DNA of 64,000 nucleotides from Eledone cirrhosa (Eukaryota), in the NCBI GenBank assembly GCA_964016885.1, contig OZ024746.1:9300001-9364000 (forward strand). The letters are read 5' to 3'. The position numbers and the translations under genes are program-made. This document shows positions 1-13,245 of the stretch, piece by piece (positions within the stretch are counted from its first letter, which is position 1; each line of letters opens with the position of its first letter). Under the pieces are notes generated by a model. That model worked only from the letters and a program-made list of their open reading frames with translations, was not told where the DNA came from and made no database searches.

Positions 1-756
1 ACAACTGTAACAGTCGCATTCTCTTCTCTCCTCGAGGGTATTTTTGTGGGGTGTTCTCGCGTAGGTGTTCCTCTTTAAAAACATTCCTTTGCCCCTCTCC
101 TTAAACATACCGCACCACTCAATACAACCTGTCTTCCTTCGACCCATAATTTACTTCTTTCTGTTTCACTCTCTTTCACTATCAGTCTCCCTCCTCTCTC
201 TCCCTCACTTTCTGTCGCATGCAGACTTTCTAACACTCTCCCTCCTCTCCCGCGTCTATGTTTTATAATATGGCAAACAGACCCACGAAGTAACCAGCAT
301 ACATCGAATATTATATAAATTAGATATTTTTTATGATGTAATCCTACAATGTATATTATTGTGATATAGATATACATAAACGCACCCACAAACACACAGA
401 CTCAAACACGTGTGTACTCACACAAACGCATGCATGTGCATACATATATAACATACGTACCAAAGAAGATGTTGTTGTGTTGATATCACATTAAATCATT
501 CCGGAGAGGCATATATAGATATAAACTATAGGAGTAGTTTATATTACGGATAACAAAGAAGAAGAAATGCTAGTTTTACAGTTATTTCTATATCAGTTAT
601 CATGTGATTTTCGTGAAATATCTGCCGATTGAATACAACATTACGAGCATTCATCAGGAAACCTTATGTATATGAAAGAAACGATGTCCTGAAACTCGAT
701 CTTAACGTAATATTACTTACGTAATGTAATAGCATATGAACATCCGAATCTATCTT

Positions 757-910
<154 letters not shown>

Positions 911-914
911 TAAT

Positions 915-972
915 AGGAACCAGTAAGACCCCGACAGCTGAGCTCAAGCCGTTTCGACGGCTAATTCTGGGA
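915..972 (-). mobile_element. PLE family C 3' fragment (3' half of HHR only) between TA tracts
   Basis: gaccccgacagctgagctcaagccgtttcgacggctaattctgg matches copies at 21100, 46790, 47080, 51170. Confidence 0.75.
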
Positions 973-1058
973 GTATAGTATATATATATATATACTATAC
1001 ATTATACATATATGCTCACACACTCACACACTCACACACACAAATATATATATGTATC

Positions 1059-1169
<111 letters not shown>

Positions 1170-2770
1170 GTCCACGTGTACACATATGCGAATTTAAGTT
1201 CTTCTCTGTAGACTGAAAAAAATAATTAGCATCCTTAATCAATTTTCAATCATTATTGGGATTGCATCACGAAAAAAACACTGTGAAATACGTAACTGAT
1301 GGCCTTATAAAGCCTATTGTGTTTGGTATTGAATTTATTAGTTCGGTCTGTTTAACCACATGTAGGCCTGGCCGAGCATACATTTCATCAAATGCCCTCT
1401 AGACATGACGAAAACCACCCTCTTGGGAATTGCTTATCTATGATTACATCATACAACCTGTTCTCTTCAAATATTTGCTTTCAAGACAGCAGGGCATAAT
1501 TTGAGGAATTATTGGCTACCATTCCTAGAACACCAAGTGGCAATTCCTTCGATGGCTCAGAATTTTTTAATATATATCAATATATCTAAGCTGCAAAAGA
1601 CACACTTCTGTGTATCAAGGAAGCTAACATCTCAGATTCAGTGTTATGTCAGATGTGCAGAATAATAATGAAAACCGATAGGTCATGCATAAATTACTGC
1701 AGTATTTTGTTTTTGTTTATTTTGAACTCTACCTGAACATATTACGAACAAAATAACATGAAATATAAAGTCTTTGTGTCGACACAAAATAGATTGTATT
1801 GGATCCTTGAAGTAAGAGTTATACATCATAATAACATTATTTTACATACCAACGAAAAAAATAAATTAAAGAGTATCTTGTAAAATTCTATTAAACTATT
1901 CTAAGTTTGAAATATCCGAATGTCTTTTAGTTGCAGATATAAAGATTGAAGATATAAATTTTAGTTCAAAAATTGCAGACTTTTCAAAAGATTATGATAA
2001 AATGATTCGTACTCAATATTCAACATTCATCAATGGAAAGAAAAACTCAACATCTCCACCGCGGAGCCAACGAAAACAAAAACAAAGCAAGCAAAACTGA
2101 AAGTATGGTCTTATGGCAAAATTACCTTTCTTAACGCAAGTAAATAATCTAACGACATATAAATAATAATAAAAAAAAGATTTGATGCGAATAATGGTAA
2201 TTACTCATCTTGATAGGCGTATTATTCTTTTAGTTAAATGAACAAAATGATGAGCGAAGGAAAAGAAAAATCAAAGGAGAAAATTGTGGATGATAAAACG
2301 TTATAGATAGAAAAAATATTGTTCAGAAGAAAAACAGACTAGATATTTTTTTTAATACGGTATTTTTTATTTATTCCATTCACAATTTCTGTAGCAGCAA
2401 TTCAGTACATTCTTATGATCAAAGGAAGATGGGAAAATATATATATACATACACATAAAAACCTGCAAGGAAACACATACACAAACGTATCACAACAATG
2501 CCTCACAGATATGCTCGTACCTAAACGCACACATATATGAATATAAATATATGATGTGATCTGTATCACACGTGCGGCTCTATTCGTGTTATTCTTCCCC
2601 CATCTTCTACTATTCCCTTCTATCGGTTCTTTTTTTACGAAAAAGAGATTAAGCTCGAAACGTCAATCAACTTTCTCTTTCCATTTCCAGAACGTCAGAG
2701 TCAGATTACTATATTTGCTTATGTTGTCGTTCTTGTTAAGGTACAACTGTTGTCCTATATATATATATAT

Positions 2771-2905
2771 GAGCCTCGTGAGTTGGAATGGCTCTTCCAG
2801 CGCATCTCCCTTATCATCCTCCGAGGAAACGCCTTCTCCATCCTGTCCGCCGGGGCTGTGGGAAGGCCAGCACGTGGGACCCCATTTGCTCCCCATACGG
2901 ATTAA
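2771..2905 (+). mobile_element. CRE-clade non-LTR retrotransposon, C-terminus of restriction-like endonuclease (fragment)
   Basis: Manual translation EPRELEWLFQRISLIILRGNAFSILSAGAVGRP resembles the CRE C-terminal QRIS.A..RGNA..IL motif; homologous to 10640-10865; begins directly after (TA)n. Confidence 0.75.
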
Positions 2906-3084
2906 TAAGCAAAGTTATAAACATCTGTAAATAAATAATTAAGATTGTGGCTAAAGTTGTTTACTGAAACAACATTATCATTGAGTAATACACAATTGGT
3001 GGTGTTTCTTATGAATATGCAAGACAAGAGAAGTAGTTACACTATTTGTATATTGTATCAACAGTTTTCCAAGAGATGGCAACA

Positions 3085-3200
3085 TGAATGGACCTGTTAT
3101 TTTTCTCTAAAACCATTTTTTCGATTCCGCCCTGCCAGTCCTTTCAAACTTTACGACCCTCTTCCTGCTATTTAGAACGTTAACTTAATATATTTATATA
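3085..3200 (+). mobile_element. Internally deleted copy of HHR family E element (HHR missing)
   Basis: tgaatggacctgttattttt...gaccctcttcctgctat matches 58131-58267 with the ribozyme segment absent. Confidence 0.55.
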
Positions 3201-3674
3201 CATATATATATAATTCAAATTATACGATATATGCATATATATAGAGAGAGAAAGAGCCATATACTATTAGAGAAACAGTATTTTGTACACATATATAAAG
3301 CATATAATATTTAGGGAAAAATACGTAATTTAAGGTGGAAAAGTTCTTATTTTCTTTGCGGTACCGTTTCATTGTTCGAATATATTTTCCTCTGATCCTG
3401 AAAAACGTCATGTGTATCATCTGTCTCTCCTTGACTAAGTGGTAAAACTATATTGGTGGGTAGGGCTTCATATATAGTGTGGATAGTGTATTTTCCATGG
3501 ACTATACAGTAAACAATGAAGAGAAATGAATTTAACCCTCAGCCAAGTTGAGAAGGAATATTCAGAGGTGAAAATCAATAAAGAAATGCTAGAACAATAC
3601 TGAGGCAGGCAGACATAGAAACGTTGGAAATAAAAATGTAAAACAGTGAAATATAATCAGAGAAGTAAATATAT

Positions 3675-4290
3675 CTAGACAAGCAGCCGAAACTGTCAAA
3701 CACTGAATAAGACTATGCTAGAGACAGACGCAGCCGAAACAAACTGTCAAACACTGAATAAGAGTATGCTAGAGACAGACGCAGCCGAAACAAACTGTCA
3801 AACACTGAATAAGACTATGCTAGAGACAGACGCAGCCGAAACAAACTGTCAAACACTGAATAAGACTATGCTAGAGACAGACACAGCCGAAACAAACTGT
3901 CAAACACTGAATAAGACTATGCTAGAGACAGATGCAGCCGAAACAAACTGTCAAACACTGAATAAGACTATGCTAGAGACAGACGCAGCCGAAACAAACT
4001 GTCAAACACTGAATAAGACTATGCTAGAGACAGACACAGCCGAAACAAACTGTGAAACACCGAATAAGACTATGTTAGAGACAGACACAGCCGAAACAAA
4101 CTGTCAAACACTGAATAAGACTATGCTAGAGACAGACACAGCCGAAACAAACTGTCAAACACTGAATAAGACTATGCTAGAGACAGACAGCCGAAACAAA
4201 CTGTGAAACACTGAATAAGACTATGCTAGAGACAGACACAGCCGAAACAAACTGTCAAACACTGAATAAGACTATGCTAGAGACAGACAC
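3675..4290. repeat. 51-bp minisatellite, about 12 copies
   Basis: Unit atgctagagacagacgcagccgaaacaaactgtcaaacactgaataagact repeated in tandem; explains the 163-aa repetitive ORF. Confidence 0.97.
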
Positions 4291-4864
4291 ATTTTTTCCG
4301 TTTCAATGATTTTGGATTTTGTTTTAATTCATTTTTCGTTTTCTTTGTCTTTCAAATTGAAACTGTTTTCAGTTCTGTGATTAAGAGCATAAATCGTGAA
4401 ATTAGGTTGAAATTGGTCTCGTTGCGTGAACAGAATTACAGAATCGTATAAAAACCTGCTAAATGAGATTTTATTGTCATTTAAATGCAACATTAATCGA
4501 TAATCGGTATTAGAAAGTGTTAAATGAGAAAGAGCCAAAAATAACAATAATCCCGATAACCAAATGAACTGAAGAAAGACAACAAAATATTAGCACGAAG
4601 GAAATAAGGGAAAGAAAACGGAAACTGAAAAGGAAATATAAAACTGCTGAATTGTATATTTAAAATGAATCGAATAGAAAATAATAATAATTTACAGAAA
4701 TATGAAATAATTGTCAGGATATTGTTACATAAAGTGATGAAAATGTAATTGGATGTATTTTAGGAATTACTTAAATAATTCCAATAATCTGTGTAAAGGT
4801 TCGAAAACATTTACAGCAGCAGAAATTACAGTCCACAAAATACGAAGTGGTTTGTGAAGAAAAC

Positions 4865-4910
<46 letters not shown>

Positions 4911-4976
4911 ATACTTTGGGAGGGTCTCATGTTGCCAAATTCAGAAACGAAATATATATATATACATATATATATA

Positions 4977-5104
<128 letters not shown>

Positions 5105-6442
5105 GTAGCAGCACAAACTTACAGGGGTATGATGATTTTTTTTTATTATTATTCCGATAGAATTGATAAATTTATAATTGTTTCATTAAATGGATTTAAA
5201 TGTTGTCAAATACAAAAACATTGAAGGCATCACGAATTTGCGTGTCATCCTTGCACAGGAGTCATGTTAATTTTCTCTGTATTGACATATTGGTTGACAT
5301 ATTGGTGGTGGTGGGTTTTATTTTTTAAATTTAAAGGCGAGAATGTGCGTGGCAATTTTATGGACAAGATGATAAAAGCGTTCCTGAAATGATGTAATAG
5401 AATCAGCCGGGTATATTTACATATCTGAATTCTCTGCAGCAATAAATTCAGACTGCTGTGAAATGAATGTAATGTAAAGCAATAGCAGACGAGACAGTAG
5501 CGTTAGTAACAATAGTAAAACAAACAACATGTGTACCCAGAACTGTTATAACGAAAACTACAAAAGCAGCAGCTACATCGACTGTACAAACAAATTAAGC
5601 AAGAAGAACACTAATTACAGTTGTAGTAAGACCAACATAAACAGCAATGTTTATAATGAGCAGAATGGTAAATATTCTCATTAAAAGGCGGAGGGGTTGT
5701 GGAATGTAGAGGAACAATAGTAGTATTAATAACAACTAATACTACAGTAGCCCAAACATAAATGATAAACAACAGCAAGACTGAGGGTGATGACAAGAAT
5801 ATTGAACATAGAGACAAGTACCTTCAATGCTCATATGTATATCTATATTGGTGGCAGGAATTCGGGTTTCTATATGTTATTACCATAGGATCATTTATGG
5901 ATAAAACCTCTCAATATGAGTATCTCATCCCCAAGAAATGGTAATTTAGAATCCCCATTAACATTACATTCCAATGTAGCTGCAGTGAGTTTCTCATTAG
6001 TCGTTCATATATTCGAGGGTGTTTACTTCTTAACAGCATACATTTCAAAACACATGCTAACGCAGCCGATATTTCTTTTTCGAATTAATATTCTTCCCTT
6101 AAGCCATGAGATAAAATATATGCCCCAAAGATGCCTAATCACTGGAACATTAACGAAAATGTCATGGCAATACAACAATGATGCACCAAGATGACAGCGG
6201 AAATATGAAGTAGCCGGAGAAAAGTGATGTAGTTTAGTTGAAGTATCGTAGAATATGATAAAGTGTGAATTAGAATGCGATGACAAAGCCTCTGGCAATA
6301 AATTAAGTACCAAATAGAACCAAATATTGAAATGTTTACCTCAATGCATTTAATAATTGTTTCGACTTTTCGCAAATAAGGTTACCAAAAAGCCAGAAGA
6401 TTGACAAATTGACCCTAAATATAATTAATAGCTCTAGGGATG

Positions 6443-6812
6443 CCATGAACGAAACCACATCTTTTTAACTTTGATTTTAAAAGTAGGTTTATAATTATTA
6501 ATTTTCACTGTACTTTTTTACCTCTCTCAGCGGCCTATTTAGGAGAATCATAGCCGGTGGTGATCCCGGTCTGAAGTTCGATCCTGGTCGGGGTAGGGTT
6601 CCCGGTAAACCTTCTCAGTTTTTTTTCTATGGGGTGTAAAATAAAAACTGAAAAATTTGCATGTACTTCTTTACCAGGATTGAACCGAAGGCAAAGATCT
6701 TCACCGGCTCTAGCACTTACGGGTAGACCACTGACGCAACTATGAAAGTCGCGTGAAAATTCATACACATAAACCCACTTTCAAAATTTTCAAAACAAAA
6801 TGATGTTCATGT
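6443..6812. repeat. Old imperfect palindrome built from two convergent tRNA-like (A/B box) units
   Basis: tcagcggcc...tagccggtggtgatc...gttcgatcctggt...tcagtttttttt on + is mirrored by tcagtggtc...gagccggtgaagatc...gttcaatcctggt...tcagtttttattt on -; outer flanks are also complementary. Confidence 0.6.
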
Positions 6813-7127
6813 CTTTCTTAATGTTATTGCTCCTACATAAGTGGAAACAAAACAGTGCAATCAAATTTTTGCGGAAAAATATCTTACTTTCTCCAATATA
6901 AAATATAATGTGTTTTGCGTAATCCAGGGACTTTCAATAATGACCTTTGGTCTTTCATACTCACTCAATATATATATATATATGTATATAAATATGCAAA
7001 AGTTTTATTTAAAATTGTTGGGTTACAACAAGTAAATATTTTATAACTGATATAAAGCACTCGACAAGTTTTTGGAGTAGATATACGATAGTAAACAAAT
7101 GGAAACTATATTTATAAAACCATATTT

Positions 7128-7191
7128 ATTTCATTATACATATTTCAGGGATACCATATTAAAAATATGGCATGCCTTCGTCAGATAAAAT
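7128..7191 (-). ncRNA. Type I hammerhead ribozyme (family A)
   Basis: attttat-CTGACGA-stem II-GAAA-tatgta-TA-atgaaat on minus strand. Confidence 0.85.
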
Positions 7192-7323
7192 ACAATATAT
7201 AACCAGTTTTATAAATAATTTTGACGTACCATAAATATAGCGACCGTTAAGCCAGCCTCCTACCTTAATGGTCGCTATATTTATGGTACGTCAAAATTAT
7301 TTATAAAACTGGTTATATATTGT

Positions 7324-7387
7324 ATTTTATCTGACGAAGGCATGCCATATTTTTAATATGGTATCCCTGAAATATGTATAATGGAAT
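7324..7387 (+). ncRNA. Type I hammerhead ribozyme (family A)
   Basis: attttat CTGACGA aggcatgccatatt-ttt-aatatggtatccct GAAA tatgta TA atggaat; stem II has 13 of 14 pairs. Confidence 0.85.
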
Positions 7388-7429
7388 AAATATGGTTTTA
7401 TAAATATAGTTTCCATTTGTTTAATATTG

Positions 7430-7515
<86 letters not shown>

Positions 7516-7751
7516 TACATACATAAGTCTAAGAGATTACACTGACATGACACTGTATTCAATTCGAAGTTATCGTACCAGTCAGGATGATCCCGAAAGC
7601 ACTTGGTTGTAAAACAAGCTACTTAACTATATAACCGTATATGCATTTGTGTGTGTGTGAGTGTGTGTATATGTGTGTGTATGTGTGTATGTGCTTATGT
7701 GTGTATGTGTATGCATGCATGTGTGTGTGAGTGTGTGAGTACGTGTGTAAG

Positions 7752-7915
7752 CTCCGGCCGTTTCGACAGCTGGATCCAAACTGTTCGGATCTAGCTGTCG
7801 AAACGGGCCGAAGCTCAGCCGTCGGGGATCTGACTCTTTTCATATTACCCACTCTACAACCCTAGGTATCGAGTACTCAGGTGGGTTATTTTTTTTTACC
7901 ACACCCTATCTGATA
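7752..7915 (+). mobile_element. Divergent PLE family C 3' fragment with short fold-back in HHR stem II
   Basis: ccgtttcgacagctggatcc...ggatctagctgtcGAAAcgg...ccgTCgggg followed by the family C tail attacccactctac...gagtactc. Confidence 0.7.
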
Positions 7916-7930
7916 TATATATATATATAT

Positions 7931-8595
7931 GTACGTGGAAAAGTAAGAAATCGGAGAATAGACCGTTAAAACATGTTTATTTAAAACAGCACCTACGTAC
8001 GTTTCACCCAGTTGGGCTTCTCAGGGGCATAAATAACCAAAAGTGTTCCGTACATTGCTCAGAAAGAGGTTTTGGGGTTAGGTTCACGTCAAGATTCATT
8101 GTTCGCAAAAATACCGTGTTTTGATTTTGCAGCAGGTCAAGGGGGTAACTCTGGCCGGTGTTAGGGCAGTCTTTCCCGGACAAATTTTTTATCCGTTACA
8201 AGATGTTGTTACAACCTTACCATTGTCGATACGCACAGTGTCATGTAATCAACGCTTATTTTGAGACGTTTGTTTTTCCGCACCTGTTTGCCTGGGTCGT
8301 TTGAGGCTGGGTCTGGTATGAATGGTTAGTTTCCTGGGTGTTATTTTGCAGCGCCTGCCCGCCGGGGTGTTAGAACTTGTTGCAGGGAGATCCGGTACAC
8401 GGTTTCACTCCTCATCCTTAACCCATCTGATGAAGGATATTTTTAAGCGATGTGTCCAACTTATCGCTGTTTCAGCTCTGCTGTTGATGAGCTCGTGGGG
8501 TGCAGTTATGATATGGTAGAGCTCCATGAGGCAAAGATCGCACTTCCTCTTGAATTTGTACGGTGCAGTTCTGCCGACAATATCCCAAAATACTG
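7931..8595 (-). mobile_element. Penelope-like element 3' fragment: GIY-YIG endonuclease C-terminus, 3' UTR, HHR
   Basis: 8590-8405 translates [48 protein letters not shown], aligning with the W...PY...C.LCL.E...IN.R tail of ORF 59630-60190; flanked by (TA)n. Confidence 0.85.
7989..8028 (-). ncRNA. Minimal HHR with C3/A8 mismatch (probably inactive)
   Basis: gccc CTGAGAA gcccaactgggt GAAA cgtacg TA ggtgc; palindromic stem III. Confidence 0.65.
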
Positions 8596-8599
8596 TATA

Positions 8600-8637
<38 letters not shown>

Positions 8638-8678
8638 GCATAAATATATATATATATATATATATGAGCGTAAATATG

Positions 8679-8709
<31 letters not shown>

Positions 8710-8774
8710 GAGTGTATATATGTATATAAATATATATATATATGCATATATATGTGTCTGTGTATATATATATA

Positions 8775-8843
<69 letters not shown>

Positions 8844-8890
8844 TATATCCATATATTGTACCGATCGTGTTGTTATTTCTGTTTACCTTT

Positions 8891-9016
<126 letters not shown>

Positions 9017-9028
9017 GTATATATATAT

Positions 9029-9147
9029 AATTGTTTCTACTTTTGGCACAAGGCCACCAATTACCCAGTGTATTACTGGTACTTTATTTTATCGACCCCG
9101 TAAGGATGAAAGGCAAAGTTAACCTCGGCGGGATTTGAACTCAGAAT
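9029..9147 (-). mobile_element. tRNA-derived SINE family 1, 5'-truncated
   Basis: B box and gcctttcatccttacggggtcgataaaataaagtaccag core on minus; flanking repeat aatatgtatatatataat. Confidence 0.9.
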
Positions 9148-9165
9148 ATGTATATATAATATTTA

Positions 9166-9705
9166 ATAAAGTAAGAAGAAATATTAGACATAAATAAATG
9201 CCCATTTTTTCTTCAAATACCCGATTGTACAGTTTTGTGGCTACTATGCAAAATCCTATATCATAGTGATGTCACATTTTTGTGAGGTATGCCGACTTTT
9301 CAAGGGAACGCCTCATGGAAAAATGTCAAAACTAGTCTGCATCTTGACCATTGTATCACGTGATAGGGTCTCCCTCCGCCTTTTCGAGATTCTTTCGTGC
9401 GATGCAGAACTGTTTTGAAATTTTTCAATGCGGTGTTCCCTTGAAAAGTCGTCCTGCCGCATAAAAATGTTACATCTCTATGATATAGGATTTTTGCATA
9501 GTAGCCACGAAACTGTACAGTCGGGAATTTGAAGAAAAAATGGGTATTTATTTATGTCTAATATTTCTTCTTACTTTATGATATATTGCATAGCTCTGAT
9601 ATAGAGTCAATTTAATTATTCCGATTATCTTGTCTCTCATAGTCATAGAGCATCACTGGTTAAGGTTGACAAAACACAATCTCATTTACTTGTGAAAAAT
9701 GTTTG
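9166..9705. mobile_element. PLE-type fold-back element (family G) with diverged arms
   Basis: Imperfect arms about 9166-9345 / 9400-9579 plus unpaired 3' tail; HHR in each arm. Confidence 0.75.
9435..9528 (+). ncRNA. HHR with U3-A8 core variant
   Basis: gttccc TTGAAAA [61-nt stem II region] GAAA ctgtacag TC gggaat; mirror copy 9217-9309 (-) has GAAA mutated to AAAA. Confidence 0.75.
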
Positions 9706-9742
9706 TGTATATATACATGTATGTGTATGTATACACATATAT

Positions 9743-10142
9743 CTGGCAGTATCGGTAGAGGGTCGGACGCCATGCTTTCCAGCATAGTTACGTCCCTTTA
9801 CGATCTGAGTTCAAATCCCGCCGAGGTTGACTTTGCCTTTCATCCTTACGGGGTCGATAAAATAAAGTACCAGTAATGCACTGGGTAATTGCTGGCCTTG
9901 TGCCAAAAGTAGAAACAATTATTGTGTATATGAAAAAAAGTGCGGTGGATTGGCAGTATCAGTAGAGGGTCGGACGCCATGCTTTCCAGCATAGTTACGT
10001 CCCTTTACGATCTGAGTTCAAATCCCGCCAAGGTTGACTTTGCCTTTCATCCTTACGGGGTCGATAAAATAAAGTACCAGTAATGTACTGGTTAATTGCT
10101 GGCCTTGTGCCTAAAGTAGAAACAATTATTGTGTATATGAAA
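9743..10142 (+). mobile_element. Two tandem SINE family 1 copies
   Basis: A box tggcagtatcgg, B box gagttcaaatcc, conserved core, tail aaacaattatt; both followed by gtgtatatgaaa. Confidence 0.93.
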
Positions 10143-10639
10143 ATAAATATATATATATATATATATATTAAAATAACAGATTAAAGTTTAAGCAAAGAAT
10201 CGTTGCTCTACGGTTCTTATATATCTGATATATATTTATCCTTATCGAGCGCTCTTTGGATTTTAATCTTCAAATTTATTATTATTACTTTATATATAAG
10301 ATATATATTTTATTTGTTGTTCTATCAGACTATATTAATGTCCATTGTCTTTAGTAACGTTGGGAGAGTTATTGTTATAATTCCGTTTACTACTGCTTTC
10401 ATTTTAATACTTATATTGTTATTGTTGCGGTTGTTGCTGTTTTGATTCTCCTCAGCTTGGTGTGTCCTTGAGCAAGACATTGTATTTCATGGCCCTCCAA
10501 ACTACGTAGTTGGTATATATGAGTTAGACGTGTAATTCAAACGGTCAGCCAACATGAATTGAGTGATGGACTATCTAGTCTTTAAAAGACTGACAGTTGT
10601 TAACGGCAGCAACAGTTGACAAGTTAGTCAATCATATTG

Positions 10640-10865
10640 GTGACCTCCCCACAGCTCCGACGGACAGAATGGAGAAGGCGTTTTCTCCGAGGACGGCAAG
10701 GGAGACGCGCTGTAAAAGCCATTCGAACTCGCGAGGCTCACACCTGCGGCTGGCCAGCTCAGCGCCTATGGTGGTGAATAGGGAGGTAGCCCTAGGGACG
10801 AGGACACCAGTAGTCTCCACTGCTAAGGGTATGACGACCGCAAACCTGTCGGAGAGAGACGGGTA
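10640..10865 (-). mobile_element. CRE-clade retrotransposon endonuclease C-terminal fragment
   Basis: IPLAVETTGVLVPRATSLFTTIGAELASRRCEPREFEWLLQRVSLAVLGENAFSIL fits P.AVET.G...QR.S.A..RGNA. Confidence 0.8.
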
Positions 10866-10881
10866 TTATGTTATACATTGT

Positions 10882-11075
10882 CAGACATACCAACCTCTAA
10901 TAACCCAAACGGGCAGTACCATGAAAAAAGTGCCCCAAAACGGGGAGAATTGAGGAAAAATGGGGAAATTTCACATAATGAAAGATATAGCTATTTTCAC
11001 TGGAGAATACATCTCTCACCCACCCCAAAGTGGATGGGAGATCTCCCCGTCAGACGGGGAGAGTTAACAGGTCTG
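10882..11075. mobile_element. 194-bp MITE (hAT-like termini) with 6-bp TSD
   Basis: Imperfect TIRs cagacataccaac / gttaacaggtctg; cattgt duplicated at 10876-10881 and 11076-11081. Confidence 0.65.
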
Positions 11076-11529
11076 CATTGTGTCATGCTAAACACTTCCG
11101 TGAACTACGTGAAGGTTACACGTGGCTTTGAACTCCTCAGCCTTTTTCACGTTAATTTCCCGCACTGTCTGTTCCATTAATTATACAAACGGAACACTTG
11201 TCATCGAACTATTGGAGATCCCGATGTTTAAAAGTGGATTCTAATTAACTGACCATGTGGACATCCCATTGTTTAATTATAAGCGAGTAAATAATTAACA
11301 AGTTCCAATAGAAATAAGTAATTAAGATCGCAAGAAAATGTTAAATGTTTCATTTATAATATATAATATATATCTAATATATGTGTATACTATATATGTA
11401 TGGACCCCTAACTCCCGAGGGAGACGTAAGGGCGCCCTGTGTACATACGGCGTTTCTAAGACATTTTAAAACCCACCCCCTCTCCAGATTTTTCCAGAAA
11501 ATAATAAAGGAAGTTTGAAAGTGATATAG

Positions 11530-11918
11530 AGGAAGAATCGACCCCCAGTACTCGACTGGTACTGTTTTATCGACCTTAGATGGATGAAAGGTAAAGTTGA
11601 CTCGGTGGGATTTGAACTCAGTGGGATTTGAACTCAGAGAGCTGAGGGACTGAAGGAATATTGCAAAGGCTTCTATCCAACGTTTAACCACTCTGCCTAC
11701 TAGCCAGCCATGTTATATATACACACAGGAGGTGGATTGACAGTATCAGTAGAGGCTCGGAAGCCATGCTTTGCATGCACAGAGTTACGTCCCTTTACGG
11801 ACTGTGTTCAAATCCCGCCGAGGTTAACTTTACCTTTCATCCTTACGGGGGTCGATAAAATAAAGTACCAGTAATGCACTGGGTCATTTCTGGCCTTGTT
11901 CCAAAAGTAGAAGCAATT
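11530..11918. mobile_element. Head-to-head pair of SINE family 1 copies (11530-11710 minus, 11728-11918 plus)
   Basis: Core and B box on each strand. Confidence 0.85.
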
Positions 11919-11966
11919 ATATATATATAGACAGATGATATAGTTGTTCACTCTCTCTCTCTCTTT

Positions 11967-12804
11967 TACACACACATACATACAAACACATACACACACA
12001 TACATACACACACATACACACACATACATACACATACACACACATACATACACACATACATACACACACATACATACACACACATACACACACATACACA
12101 CACACACATACACATACACACACATACATACACACATACATACACACACATACATACACACACATACACACATACATACACACACTTACATACATACACA
12201 CACATACATACACACATACATACACACACACACATACACACACATATACACACATATACACACACATATACACACACACATACACATACACACACATACA
12301 TACACACATACATACACACATACATACACACACATACACACATACATACACACACTTACATACATACACACACATACATACACACATACATACACACACA
12401 CACATACACACACATATACACACATATACACACACATATACACACACATATACACACATACACACACATACATACACACACATACACACATACATACATA
12501 CACACACATACACACATACATACATACACATACATACACCGCACACATACATACACACACATACACACACACATACATACACACACATACATACACACAC
12601 ACATACATACACACATACATACACACACATACATACACAGACATACACACATACACATACATATATACACACACATACTTACACACACATACAAACACAC
12701 ACATACATACACACATACATACACAAACATACATACATACACACACACACATACACACACACACATACAGATACATACACATACATGCACACATACACGC
12801 ACTC
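11967..12804. repeat. Compound (CA)n/(CATA)n microsatellite
   Basis: Direct inspection. Confidence 0.97.
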
Positions 12805-12814
12805 ACGTTTCAAG

Positions 12815-13245
12815 TGTGGTGGTGGTGGTGGTGGTGGTGGTGGTGGTGGTGGTGGTGGTGGTGGTGGTGGTGGTTGTGGGGGGGGTTGTCGGGGTGGGGG
12901 GGTTGTCGATAGTGGCGGTTGTGGTTGTGGTGGTGGTGGTGGTGTGGTGGGGGGGGGGGGGGTATGGTGGTGGTGGTGGTGGTAGTGGCGGAGGTGGTGG
13001 TGGTAGTAGTGGTGGTGGCGGTGGTGGTGGTGGCGGTGGTGGCGGCGGCGTGGGGGGAGGGGGAGGGGGAGGGGGGTAGTGGCGGTTGTGGTTGTGGTGG
13101 TGGTGGTGGTGTGGTGGTGGTGGTGGTGGTGGTATGGTGGTGGTGGTGGTGGCGGCGGTGGTGGTGGTGGTGGTGGTGGTGGTGGTGGTGGTGGCGGCGG
13201 TGGTGGTTGGGGTGGTGGTGGTGGTGGTGGTGGTGGTGGTGGTGT
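12815..13245. repeat. (GGT)n / poly-G low-complexity tract
   Basis: Direct inspection. Confidence 0.97.

Larger units (their letters stand above)
6997..7432. mobile_element. PLE family A 3' terminus as fold-back inverted repeat in (TA)n
   Basis: Near-perfect arms 7082-7250 / 7264-7432, unpaired tail 6997-7081, TA tracts on both sides; homologous to 21910-22033 and 26010-26467. Confidence 0.85.

Noticed and set aside
590-660. Minus-strand CTGATGA...GAAA as an HHR
   Set aside because: Stems I and II do not pair convincingly
3715-4206. 163-aa repeat protein ORF
   Set aside because: Open only because the 51-bp unit is a multiple of 3; frame breaks in a later unit; no splice or domain support
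5170-5385. Minus-strand exon after a tttcag acceptor
   Set aside because: No sustained ORF or clear donor
8427-8445. Plus-strand ctgatgaagg as an HHR
   Set aside because: Antisense of endonuclease coding sequence; no downstream GAAA or stems
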